This document shows, in pieces, positions 29,048 to 38,155 of a DNA stretch of 64,000 nt. The notes under the pieces are model-generated. The model was not told the origin of the DNA. It was given only the letters and a program-made list of their open reading frames with translations, and did not search any database. The stretch's first letter is position 1. Every line of letters begins with the position of its first letter. This stretch comes from Microcoleus sp. (GTDB taxonomy: Bacteria; Cyanobacteriota; Cyanobacteriia; Cyanobacteriales; Microcoleaceae): NCBI GenBank assembly GCA_042408215.1, contig JAYFMW010000030.1, positions 128,001 through 192,000 of the forward strand. Reading direction: 5' to 3'. Both the position numbers and the translations under genes were made by a program.

Positions 29048-30231
29048 ACTCAAACTCTTCCCCAACGATAACTGAATCTCCTTCCTCGTGCGAAACTGAA
29101 TCAAAATTGAAAACGTCACCGCCACCTTTTTCCCACTTAGTTACGATCGAACCCTTGGGTTTACTTTATGGCAGTGCGGGTCGTTTTCTTTCGCCAGAAA
29201 ATTTAGTTGGGCGATCGGGTTCCAGCTTTCCACCCAGCGCAGCAACATTATCGGGAATCTTTGCCGCCGAATTGGGAGGCGATAACATCAAAAAGTTGCA
29301 ATTAGCCGGGCCGTTTTGGGGTAAATGCGATGAATTACCAGATTTTTATGTTTCCACGCCCCTAAACTACTTGATCGAAAAAGGTACAAGTGAAATCAAA
29401 CATAAACTTACCTGGAATTCCGATCGTAAAAAATGGCTGGAAAACGTCAATGAAAAATTTGAAAAAGGCGGCTGGGTTAAAGTCCATGATTGGCAAAAAG
29501 ATTGGGGAAATTGGAAAGTTTCGACAAAATTTCCTTGGAAAACTGTGTCGCACTTGCATCCCCGTTTGGAAGAAAATCAGCGACGAGTTTTGGTTGAAAA
29601 AGAACGAGAACAAGGTAGTTTGTTTTTGGAGAATGGAGTGCAATTCGATCCTGATTACTGTTTGGTTTATCTATCGAATACGAAAATTAGTTCAGGTTGG
29701 TATCGGTTTGGCGGTGAGGGACATTTAGTGAATATTGAATGTCGGGATATTTCTGCTGAACTTAAGGATTTGCTTTCTCAACCAGTGGGAAAAGCATTTG
29801 CGCTGATTACTCCTGCTGTATGGGGGTCTAATAGGCATTCTTATCGGGAACCAATGGTACAGAAAAATGAGGATAGAAATAGTGAGTGGGTTGAGGCTTG
29901 GGAGTGTGAAACTTTGCTGACAGAACGCCCGTTTCCTTTCCGATATCGCTTGGGAAATCCGAAAGATGAGGAAACTGACGAAAAGATAAATAGCAAGGAC
30001 AAATTGCTTTCTCGCGGGCGTTATACCGTGCCTGCTGGCAGTGTTTACGTGTTAAAGGAACCTCTCGAATCTTCTTGGCAAGAATGGGATGAAAGTTGGT
30101 TTCCTAAAGAAGGTGTTTCATTCAAACGTTGGGGTTGCGGGTTAGCCTTGCCTTTACCAAGCGCAATTGCTCAAAATTCCGAACAAGAAACTGCTAATAT
30201 TTCTGAAAATTTACCAATAGGAGGCAATTAA
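29038..30231 (+). CDS. cmr3: Cmr3 (Cas5-group RAMP)
   Basis: IEPLGLLYGSAG, FPPSAATLSG, RFGGEGH, VPAGSVY, G-rich C-terminal loop. Confidence 0.88.
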   Translation: MSMNSNSSPTITESPSSCETESKLKTSPPPFSHLVTIEPLGLLYGSAGRFLSPENLVGRSGSSFPPSAATLSGIFAAELGGDNIKKLQLAGPFWGKCDELPDFYVSTPLNYLIEKGTSEIKHKLTWNSDRKKWLENVNEKFEKGGWVKVHDWQKDWGNWKVSTKFPWKTVSHLHPRLEENQRRVLVEKEREQGSLFLENGVQFDPDYCLVYLSNTKISSGWYRFGGEGHLVNIECRDISAELKDLLSQPVGKAFALITPAVWGSNRHSYREPMVQKNEDRNSEWVEAWECETLLTERPFPFRYRLGNPKDEETDEKINSKDKLLSRGRYTVPAGSVYVLKEPLESSWQEWDESWFPKEGVSFKRWGCGLALPLPSAIAQNSEQETANISENLPIGGN

Positions 30232-31122
30232 ATGTATCACAAAGCTTACGGAATCATTGAAACTTTGGCACCGCTTCATGTGGGTGCGACGGCGGGGGAA
30301 GAAACGGGGAATCTGAATTTGATTTTTCGCGATCAGTTTACTCAGACTGGAATTATTCCCGGTAGTTCGATTCGGGGGCGGTTTCGGGCTGATATGCGAT
30401 CGCAAAAAGCCGGTACAGAGAACATTTGGTATGGCCACGAAGCAGTTCCAGGACAAGAAGACGGCGGCACAACGGAAGCATCGGTCAAGTTTGAATATGC
30501 GTCTTTGGTTTGGTTGCCTATTTTTTGTCCGGGTCAACCTATTGTGTGGGTAAGCTGTCCTTCTTTACTAAAACGCTACAAGAAAATTGCAGGAATCAAT
30601 AAGAGTGTTGAAGTACCAAAGAGTTACACGGCAGATCCAGATTTGCAAGCGCGAGTTATTCCTGGAACAAAGGAGAAGGTTTTATTCTTTAATTTGGGAT
30701 TTATGGGGATAGAACATCACGAAAGTTTGGCGGATTGGATTCCAGAGGGGACTGATTTGGACGCAAAGCAATTAGTGGTGGTTGATGATAATGATATTGC
30801 CATGCTGCACGAAATGGCTTTGTATCGTCAAAGTCGGATTAAGATGCTGGATGATATGAAGAAAGTAGACACGAAAACAGGTGCTTTTTTTAATGTGGAA
30901 GCATTGCCAGTGGGGAGTATTTTAGTGTTTCCCTTAGCATCAAAAGAAGTTGGTTGGCGGCCTTTTCGTGAACCGCAAGCAAGTGAGTGTTATTCCCAAG
31001 AACTCTATTTTGGGGGATTGGAGTCGATCGGCTTTGGGCGCTGCAATGTGACTCTGAAAGGAGAAGCACTCAATCAGCCTGAAAAAATTGAAACAGCAAC
31101 ACAACAAGAGGTTAACAGCTAA
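30232..31122 (+). CDS. cmr4: Cmr4 (Cas7-group RAMP backbone)
   Basis: LAPLHVGA, IPGSSIRGRFR, FGGLESIGFG. Confidence 0.92.
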   Translation: MYHKAYGIIETLAPLHVGATAGEETGNLNLIFRDQFTQTGIIPGSSIRGRFRADMRSQKAGTENIWYGHEAVPGQEDGGTTEASVKFEYASLVWLPIFCPGQPIVWVSCPSLLKRYKKIAGINKSVEVPKSYTADPDLQARVIPGTKEKVLFFNLGFMGIEHHESLADWIPEGTDLDAKQLVVVDDNDIAMLHEMALYRQSRIKMLDDMKKVDTKTGAFFNVEALPVGSILVFPLASKEVGWRPFREPQASECYSQELYFGGLESIGFGRCNVTLKGEALNQPEKIETATQQEVNS

Positions 31123-31601
31123 TGGCTTGGAAATACTACAGTTTAGAGCAGGATGGCCAGCAGTTCCAGTTACATACTTTAGACCAAATAGCACAAAAAT
31201 TGGTTTTGGATGCTAAGGGACGGGAGAGAAAATCCCTGAATCAATCGTTTAAAATGCGAGAAGCGGTTGCCTATGGGTTAGAGCGTTTTTGGGGCGAACA
31301 TTTGCGGTTAAAAAGTAAGTCAAAACGTCCAGGGGATGAGTTTGACATAAAATCTCAATATTGGAAAGAGACTTGGGATGCTTTAGTGGCTATCATGAAA
31401 CAAACAGGTGTTGTGATTCATAACGATCCAATCGATGTTAAGCGGCCGGATACTGTGAAATCAATGGCGCAGAAATTATGGACTTTGAATATTGAAGAGC
31501 AGCGCATTATACTGGCTGTGTTGACTCAGTTATGCGATTGCATTGTTTGGTGGACTCAGCGCTATAAAGGGCCTGGTGATTTGACGGTTGATGATGAATA
31601 A
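31122..31601 (+). CDS. cmr5: Probable Cmr5 (Cas11 small subunit)
   Basis: 159-aa helical protein between cmr4 and cmr6; assigned mainly by position. Confidence 0.65.
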   Translation: MAWKYYSLEQDGQQFQLHTLDQIAQKLVLDAKGRERKSLNQSFKMREAVAYGLERFWGEHLRLKSKSKRPGDEFDIKSQYWKETWDALVAIMKQTGVVIHNDPIDVKRPDTVKSMAQKLWTLNIEEQRIILAVLTQLCDCIVWWTQRYKGPGDLTVDDE

Positions 31602-31613
31602 TTAGGAGATTTA

Positions 31614-33335
31614 ATGATGGTAAGTATTCCCGATGCAGCTAATTTAGTGCCGTTGATGTTTCAGGCACAGGCCAAAGGCCGATCGCAACTTCAGTACATT
31701 GATAAAGACAAGGAACCCCAGGAACAAGATTCTTACAAATGGGCTGCTCAATGGACCGATAAAGCTTATCCTAATCCCCCGGACTTTGGTGATGCAGCTA
31801 GTACGAAAACCTATGAAATGCAGTGGCGTTTTGTGACGAATGGTGGTCAATTTGAAGGGATAATTTTTCCGGCGCTTGGTGCTTTTGGGTTGCCTTTTTA
31901 TCCCGGTAGCAGTATGAAAGGAGTGTTTTGTCAAGCTTGCACTGGGCAACAAAAGCAGCGTTATCGTTTGACTAAAAATGGCGATGAACCCAGTTTATTA
32001 CGCTTTCATGGTGGTTATCCAATAAATGATTGGAAGCAGAATTTAGTAGATATTGTTCACCCGCAGCAAAAATGGCAGGTGAAAACTCATGATACTGATG
32101 ATAAACCAAAGGGGGAGACTGGTTTTGCGCTGATTTCTTTATTGCAACCTACGATTAATTTTGGGATTTCTAGTTTATTGCCAGAAACTGATTGGGAGGA
32201 AATTTGGGCTATTTGGGAAAGGGCTTTAGGCTACGGAATTGGCTGTCGTACTAGCAGCGGTTATGGAATGCCTAAGCAACGTCTCCGGGAATCGGGAGAA
32301 GTTGATTGTCCCATTCCTATTCAGGGAGAAGTTCTCTATAAGGCTTGGCTGAAAGGACAGGGACAATCGCCTACATCGATCGATAAAACCCCAGAATTTC
32401 GTCCTAATATTTTTCGGGGGAGTTTGCGCGGTCATGCTTTGCGAATTTTTGGGGGATTAACAAATTCAGACATGGCGGATAAGTTAGTAGAAAATTTGTT
32501 TGGTGGTGTGGAAGATGGGGGAACTCAGGGATTATTAAGTTGTTTTTTTGAAACTTCGTCTCTAACACTTGGTCGGTTTACGGATGGATATGGTGAACCA
32601 ACTTATGATGTAGTTGGGGAGTTACGTTGGCTATTAATGGCACCCCGTCAATTGGGTGAAACGAATCAGGAGGTACTGAAAAGGTTATTGAGGCTGTTAA
32701 TGCAGTTTGCTATGCTATTTGGTGGGTTTGGGAAGTCCTGGAGGCGATCGGATCATCGCTTGTTTTATGAGGAATACTACCAGGGAAATAGTTCTAAACC
32801 TTTAATTGGCTGTCACTGGCGGTGGGATAATAGATCTCTGGGAAATGCGGCTAAGGTTCGTAATTTGAATCAAGTTGCGCCGTTTCTGAATGAGGTGAGG
32901 CAAATTGCTAGTGAATGGATGCATCTGAATGGAGTAGAACCTGATGAAAGTCAATATTCGGATTGGCGAGAAGCATGGCATCCTGAAAATGTGCAAATTT
33001 TTGGACGGCTGGCTGATGGCGCAGATTCTGAGGCGATTAAGTGGCTACACCAGCCTTATCAAAGAGCTAATCAGCAATTTAAGGAAGTTGAAAAGAGTAT
33101 CAAGAAATCTGATTTAGCGGGTAAAATCAGTCAAATTGGTAGACTTTGGCATCGGATGTATCCAGTGGTTATTCTGGTGGACAATCCGAACAATCCGGGG
33201 AGAAGAGTACCGAGGGCGACTGATAATTATCTAGAAATATTGACTATTTTTCCTGATGATTCTCTTAACTGTGAAGATTTTTTGAAGTTTCTCCAGTCTG
33301 AACCGGGAGGGTTTAAGAGACTTTGGCCGCAGTGA
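31614..33335 (+). CDS. cmr6: Cmr6-Cmr1-like double RAMP fusion
   Basis: Two RAMP units: PFYPGSSMKG...GIGCRTSSGYG and FRPNIFRGSLRG...FGGFGKSWRR. Confidence 0.8.
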   Translation: MMVSIPDAANLVPLMFQAQAKGRSQLQYIDKDKEPQEQDSYKWAAQWTDKAYPNPPDFGDAASTKTYEMQWRFVTNGGQFEGIIFPALGAFGLPFYPGSSMKGVFCQACTGQQKQRYRLTKNGDEPSLLRFHGGYPINDWKQNLVDIVHPQQKWQVKTHDTDDKPKGETGFALISLLQPTINFGISSLLPETDWEEIWAIWERALGYGIGCRTSSGYGMPKQRLRESGEVDCPIPIQGEVLYKAWLKGQGQSPTSIDKTPEFRPNIFRGSLRGHALRIFGGLTNSDMADKLVENLFGGVEDGGTQGLLSCFFETSSLTLGRFTDGYGEPTYDVVGELRWLLMAPRQLGETNQEVLKRLLRLLMQFAMLFGGFGKSWRRSDHRLFYEEYYQGNSSKPLIGCHWRWDNRSLGNAAKVRNLNQVAPFLNEVRQIASEWMHLNGVEPDESQYSDWREAWHPENVQIFGRLADGADSEAIKWLHQPYQRANQQFKEVEKSIKKSDLAGKISQIGRLWHRMYPVVILVDNPNNPGRRVPRATDNYLEILTIFPDDSLNCEDFLKFLQSEPGGFKRLWPQ

Positions 33336-33367
33336 TGCCAAGTTCGACTAAATGGAGCGCATCTGCT

Positions 33368-33756
33368 TAAAATCCCTGAAAGCCTTGTGGTATAATGGTT
33401 TGCAACGATATACAGGGCTTACAAGCTTTGTCGATGCAGCTATTTTGGCTTAATTGCTCTGTTAGGTTAGAAGGTGCGTCGATCGCAGGAGAGATTGCTT
33501 TCTTGGTTTGATGAATAAATTGAAAGTATTGTGATATATAGGTTTCAGGGGATATGAGGAGTTGTGAATGGTTCATCGACACACCTCGGCAAATCTCTGA
33601 AACCCTGATTTTGGGGTTTACCTGCGTCGATGCTTTGCGGGGTATGGGTTTGAGAGTGGTAATTTTGGGATTTTTGCTATGGATCTGTGGTACATTTTAG
33701 AGGTGCGTCGATTTAAGGGCTGGAATCCACTCTGGGTATAGGCTCTGCGGCGAACT
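33368..33756 (+). promoter_or_regulatory. CRISPR leader 2
   Basis: Homologous to leader 1. Confidence 0.8.
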
Positions 33757-35208
33757 CCCTACCGATGGGTTTAAATCGGATTAGTTGGAAACAAAAGAAT
33801 AGCCTGAAGAAGAGTGCGGAGAACGAACCCTACCGATGGGTTTAAATCGGATTAGTTGGAAACTTTCTGTTCCATCTGCGTATTCAAAAAATACGGTTGC
33901 CCCTACCGATGGGTTTAAATCGGATTAGTTGGAAACAAAATGTTGGTTTAGTCTAAAAATTTGGAAAAAAAAGCCCTACCGATGGGTTTAAATCGGATTA
34001 GTTGGAAACATCATTAATATGGTAGGTTCTCCATTTGGTTTATCAACTGGAACCCTACCGATGGGTTTAAATCGGATTAGTTGGAAACACTCTAACATAC
34101 AATTCAAACCAGATGAAGTGAATTCAACCCTACCGATGGGTTTAAATCGGATTAGTTGGAAACAAACCTTCTCTTTCTAAACCGTCTGGTGAAACTAACT
34201 TCCCTACCGATGGGTTTAAATCGGATTAGTTGGAAACGATTAGAGTAAAAGGGAAGGAAAAGCAAAAAATTTCAGAAGACCCTACCGATGGGTTTAAATC
34301 GGATTAGTTGGAAACAATTTACGCCTTGATTCATTGATCCGGCAGACATGGTGCCCTACCGATGGGTTTAAATCGGATTAGTTGGAAACATTAATTGTCA
34401 GCGTACCATTCGACTTTACAGCGATTCCCTACCGATGGGTTTAAATCGGATTAGTTGGAAACTTTCTTGAGCCAAAGCTGGAGCGGAAATTGCAGAAATA
34501 CCCTACCGATGGGTTTAAATCGGATTAGTTGGAAACCTGAATTGTCCACGCATTACTTTGAGCATTATAATCCCTACCGATGGGTTTAAATCGGATTAGT
34601 TGGAAACTTGGATGACCAGTATTTCCCAACGTTTGAGCATCCATACCCTACCGATGGGTTTAAATCGGATTAGTTGGAAACTCCTGGAAACACACCTCGG
34701 AAGTGAAAACCTCCGGAAGTCCCTACCGATGGGTTTAAATCGGATTAGTTGGAAACTAAAATCTGGGCGTCCGTATCCTTGTCAAAGCCTGAATCCCTAC
34801 CGATGGGTTTAAATCGGATTAGTTGGAAACGAGTTAGAAACAACGCCAGCCTGAATTCGCATCTGAGTTTTATCAGCCCTACCGATGGGTTTTAATCGGA
34901 TTAGTTGGAAACGAATTACCGTCAGATGGAGCTCCGCAAAGTTCACAAAAACCCCTACCGATGGGTTTTAATCGGATTAGTTGGAAACAACCGTGTTGCC
35001 ATCTGGAGATCGCCGCATCTCCGTATTCCCTACCGATGGGTTTTAATCGGATTAGTTGGAAACAGACCAGCCACCTTTTTTGAAGGCTTCAATTGCATTT
35101 TCCCTACCGATGGGTTTTAATCGGATTAGTTGGAAACGTCAATTAAAAAATTATAATCACCTCCCAGACTAACCCTACCGATGGGTTTTAATCGGATTAG
35201 TTGGAAAC
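33757..35208 (+). CRISPR. CRISPR array 2: 20 repeats, 19 spacers, plus a degenerate terminal repeat at ~35263-35296
   Basis: Same 36-nt repeat as array 1; the last five carry GGGTTTTAATC. Confidence 0.98.
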
Positions 35209-35522
35209 AATTCTGTAGGGGCAATTCATGAATTTTCCCTACAGAATTGCCCCTACATTGAATCCTAACGATGGGTTAAAAACCATTAGACAACTGTCTG
35301 CGGTCGATAGGAAAGTTGATCGGCATTCTCATGGCGGAACGCGATCGCAAATTGCCTAATTTTTTTGGTTTTTCCTATTGCAATTTAGATGGATTTGGTA
35401 TACTATAGTATCATGGGAATCTGTGCGGCCATATAAGGTAGCTCTGCATTAAGTCTGAAAGAATTTCAACCACAGATGATGGCGGATGAACGCGGATGAA
35501 CGCAGATGAAGATTGGAAGTAT

Positions 35523-36785
35523 TTAAGGTTGGGATTTTTGTTGTTTCAGGAAGTAGCCGATGAGGTATAGGGAACCGCAGAGAACTGTTAAGTTTTCGTC
35601 TGCAACAGCATCGTCTAAGGCTATTGTTAAGTCGGGGAAGGTTTGACAGAGTGTTAATTCAGGACAGATAATTTGGGCGAGGGCGGCTAATTCTGCGGGT
35701 GGTGTTGAATTTTGATCGGGTACGGGTACTAAATACAGCCGATCGCCCTTTTTGAGTAATGCTTTTAATATATCATCGCTGTCTTTGGTAGCAAGAATCC
35801 CGATTACCCAGTTAATTGGTTGGTAGTTGTGAAAATTATCGACATATTCACGCAACGCAATGGCTGCGGCTGGATTGTGAGCTCCATCTATTAATATTGT
35901 CTGGTTTTTCCAAGTTGTTTGTTGGAGTCTTCCTGGCCATTGGGTTTTGGCTATACCGTTTTCGATCGCAGTTTCGGATATTTTCCATCCTTGGTTTTGC
36001 AGAGTTTGGATAGTTGCGATCGCAATTGCTGAATTCATTAGTTGAATTTTTCCCAGCAATGGCAATTCATACTTTATTGTAACAGTATTTTGATTTGACT
36101 GATATTCTGCGAATCCTTGTCCTAAATCTATAGCTGGTTTTACCCAAGTTGTTGGACAGTCTAATTCTTGGATGCGTTTCTCTATGACCATTCTAGCATC
36201 TTCTGGCAATTCTCCGATAATTGCTGGACATTTTGATTTGAGAATGCCGGCTTTTTCCCCAGCAATATCGGCGACGGTGGGGCCAAGTATTTGCCAATGT
36301 TCGAGGCTGATTGATGTGATGACGCACGCTAGGGGTGTTTCGCAAACGTTAGTCGCGTCTAATCTTCCTCCTAATCCGGTTTCTATGACTGCTATGTCTG
36401 TTTTTTTTTCGGCGAAGTACAGCCAAGCTACAGCGGTGATGATTTCAAATTGGGTGGGGGTTTCGCTGTCGTCTTGGGTGGTGGCGATGACTCGTTCGAG
36501 GTATTCTTGTAATTCTGTTGGGGAAATTGGTTTTTGATTGATGCAAATTCTTTCTGTCCAATCAATTAAATGCGGAGATGTGTAGCGCCCGACTCGATAA
36601 CCTGCTTCTGTGAGTACGGATGATAGGTAGGCGCAGACTGAACCTTTGCCATTTGTGCCGGCAATGTGGATAATGGGTACTTGTTTGTGGGGGTTGTCTA
36701 ATTTTTCTAGAAGTTGGTTGATTCTTTCGAGGCCGAGATGGACGCCGAAGTGTTGGTATGATTTAAGGATGGATTCTGCATTCAT
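35523..36785 (-). CDS. folC: Folylpolyglutamate synthase / dihydrofolate synthase
   Basis: HIAGTNGKGS, YTSPHL, ETGLGGRLDATN, DGAHN. Confidence 0.95.
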   Translation of the reverse strand: MNAESILKSYQHFGVHLGLERINQLLEKLDNPHKQVPIIHIAGTNGKGSVCAYLSSVLTEAGYRVGRYTSPHLIDWTERICINQKPISPTELQEYLERVIATTQDDSETPTQFEIITAVAWLYFAEKKTDIAVIETGLGGRLDATNVCETPLACVITSISLEHWQILGPTVADIAGEKAGILKSKCPAIIGELPEDARMVIEKRIQELDCPTTWVKPAIDLGQGFAEYQSNQNTVTIKYELPLLGKIQLMNSAIAIATIQTLQNQGWKISETAIENGIAKTQWPGRLQQTTWKNQTILIDGAHNPAAAIALREYVDNFHNYQPINWVIGILATKDSDDILKALLKKGDRLYLVPVPDQNSTPPAELAALAQIICPELTLCQTFPDLTIALDDAVADENLTVLCGSLYLIGYFLKQQKSQP

Positions 36786-36851
36786 TGATTATTTCCCAGT
36801 CCACGTAGGTGGACTTAGTTTGTGTAGTAGCGATTTCAATCGCCGAGTTTT

Positions 36852-37844
36852 GTGAATATTATTTCTCTGTTTGCGGGTTGTGGTGGATTGGATTTGGGTT
36901 TTCGTCTAGCTGGCTTTAATCCGGTTTGGGCTAATGAGTACGATCGCACTATTTGGGACACTTATCAATTTAACCATACTGACACTCTTTTAGATGGAAG
37001 AGATATCCGAAAAATCAATTCTGATGAAATTCCCAACTGTGTTGGAATTATTGGTGGCCCTCCTTGTCAAAGTTGGAGTGCGGCTGGTGCGAAACGGGGG
37101 ATTGATGACTGTCGGGGTCAACTTTTTTGGGATTATATCCGCATTGTGCGGGACAAGCAGCCTTTGTTTTTCTTGGCTGAGAATGTCGGTGGTATCTTAG
37201 CTCCTCGAAATCGGGATGCTTTCACTTATATATTATCGCAATTTGAGCAAATTGGCTATCGGGTTTCGTACAAGTTGTTAAATGCTAGAAATTTTGGTGT
37301 TCCCCAGGACAGGAAAAGGGTGATTGTGATTGGCTATCGAGAAAGTCTGGGTTTTGGTTTTGAGTTTCCTCAACCTGGGGATGAGGTTTTGACTTTGAGA
37401 GATGCGATTTTTGACTTAAGGGCGATCGCACCTATTCCACTTAAGGGTAAATTAGATCATTATCACCCGCTTATCCCCAATCACGAATGTGCAGATTTAG
37501 GATTTTCGAGTATTTATATGTCGCGGAATCGAGTTAGAAGTTGGTCAGAACCTTCTTTTACAATTCAGGCTAGTGGCCGACACGCGCCTATTCACCCTCA
37601 AGCTAGTAAAATGATTTTAGTTGGGAAAGACCAACGCATTTTTGACCCGAATTCGCCTCAACCTTACCGCAGATTGTCTGTGAGAGAATGTGCGAGAGTT
37701 CAGACTTTCCCGAATGACTTCATTTTCAAGTACAAGTATATCATTGACGGATATAAAATGGTTGGTAATGCTGTCCCCGTGAATTTAGCTAAAGTTTTAG
37801 CGAGTAAGATTTTTGAAGATACTGTCATTGGGAATAGGGCATAG
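36852..37844 (+). CDS. Orphan DNA (cytosine-5) methyltransferase, M.HaeIII-like
   Basis: SLFAGCGG, GGPPCQ, ENV, QDRKR, MSRNRVR...QASGR, GNAVP; 330 aa. Confidence 0.92.
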   Translation: MNIISLFAGCGGLDLGFRLAGFNPVWANEYDRTIWDTYQFNHTDTLLDGRDIRKINSDEIPNCVGIIGGPPCQSWSAAGAKRGIDDCRGQLFWDYIRIVRDKQPLFFLAENVGGILAPRNRDAFTYILSQFEQIGYRVSYKLLNARNFGVPQDRKRVIVIGYRESLGFGFEFPQPGDEVLTLRDAIFDLRAIAPIPLKGKLDHYHPLIPNHECADLGFSSIYMSRNRVRSWSEPSFTIQASGRHAPIHPQASKMILVGKDQRIFDPNSPQPYRRLSVRECARVQTFPNDFIFKYKYIIDGYKMVGNAVPVNLAKVLASKIFEDTVIGNRA

Positions 37845-37898
37845 GGCATAGGGAATTGGGAATTGGGAATTGGCACAGTTTGTTTTCCTTCTTACTTC

Positions 37899-38155
37899 AA
37901 TCCGTTAAATCCGCTAAATCCGTTACAGAATCCGTTGCCGAACTTTCTTCATCCGTTACATCCGTTACAGAATCCGTTGCCGAACTTCCTTCATCCGCTA
38001 AATCCGTTACAGAATCCGTTGCCGAACTTCCTTCATCCGCTAAATCCGTTACAGAATCCGTTGCCGAACTTCCTTCATCCGCTAAATCCGTTACAGAATC
38101 CGTTGCCGAACTTCCTTCATCCGTTACATCCGTTACAGAATCCGTTGCCGAACTT
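37899..38155. repeat. About 6 tandem 42-bp units built from atccgtta/atccgcta
   Basis: aatccgttacagaatccgttgccgaacttccttcatccgcta; one inverted copy at 58266-58315. Confidence 0.9.
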
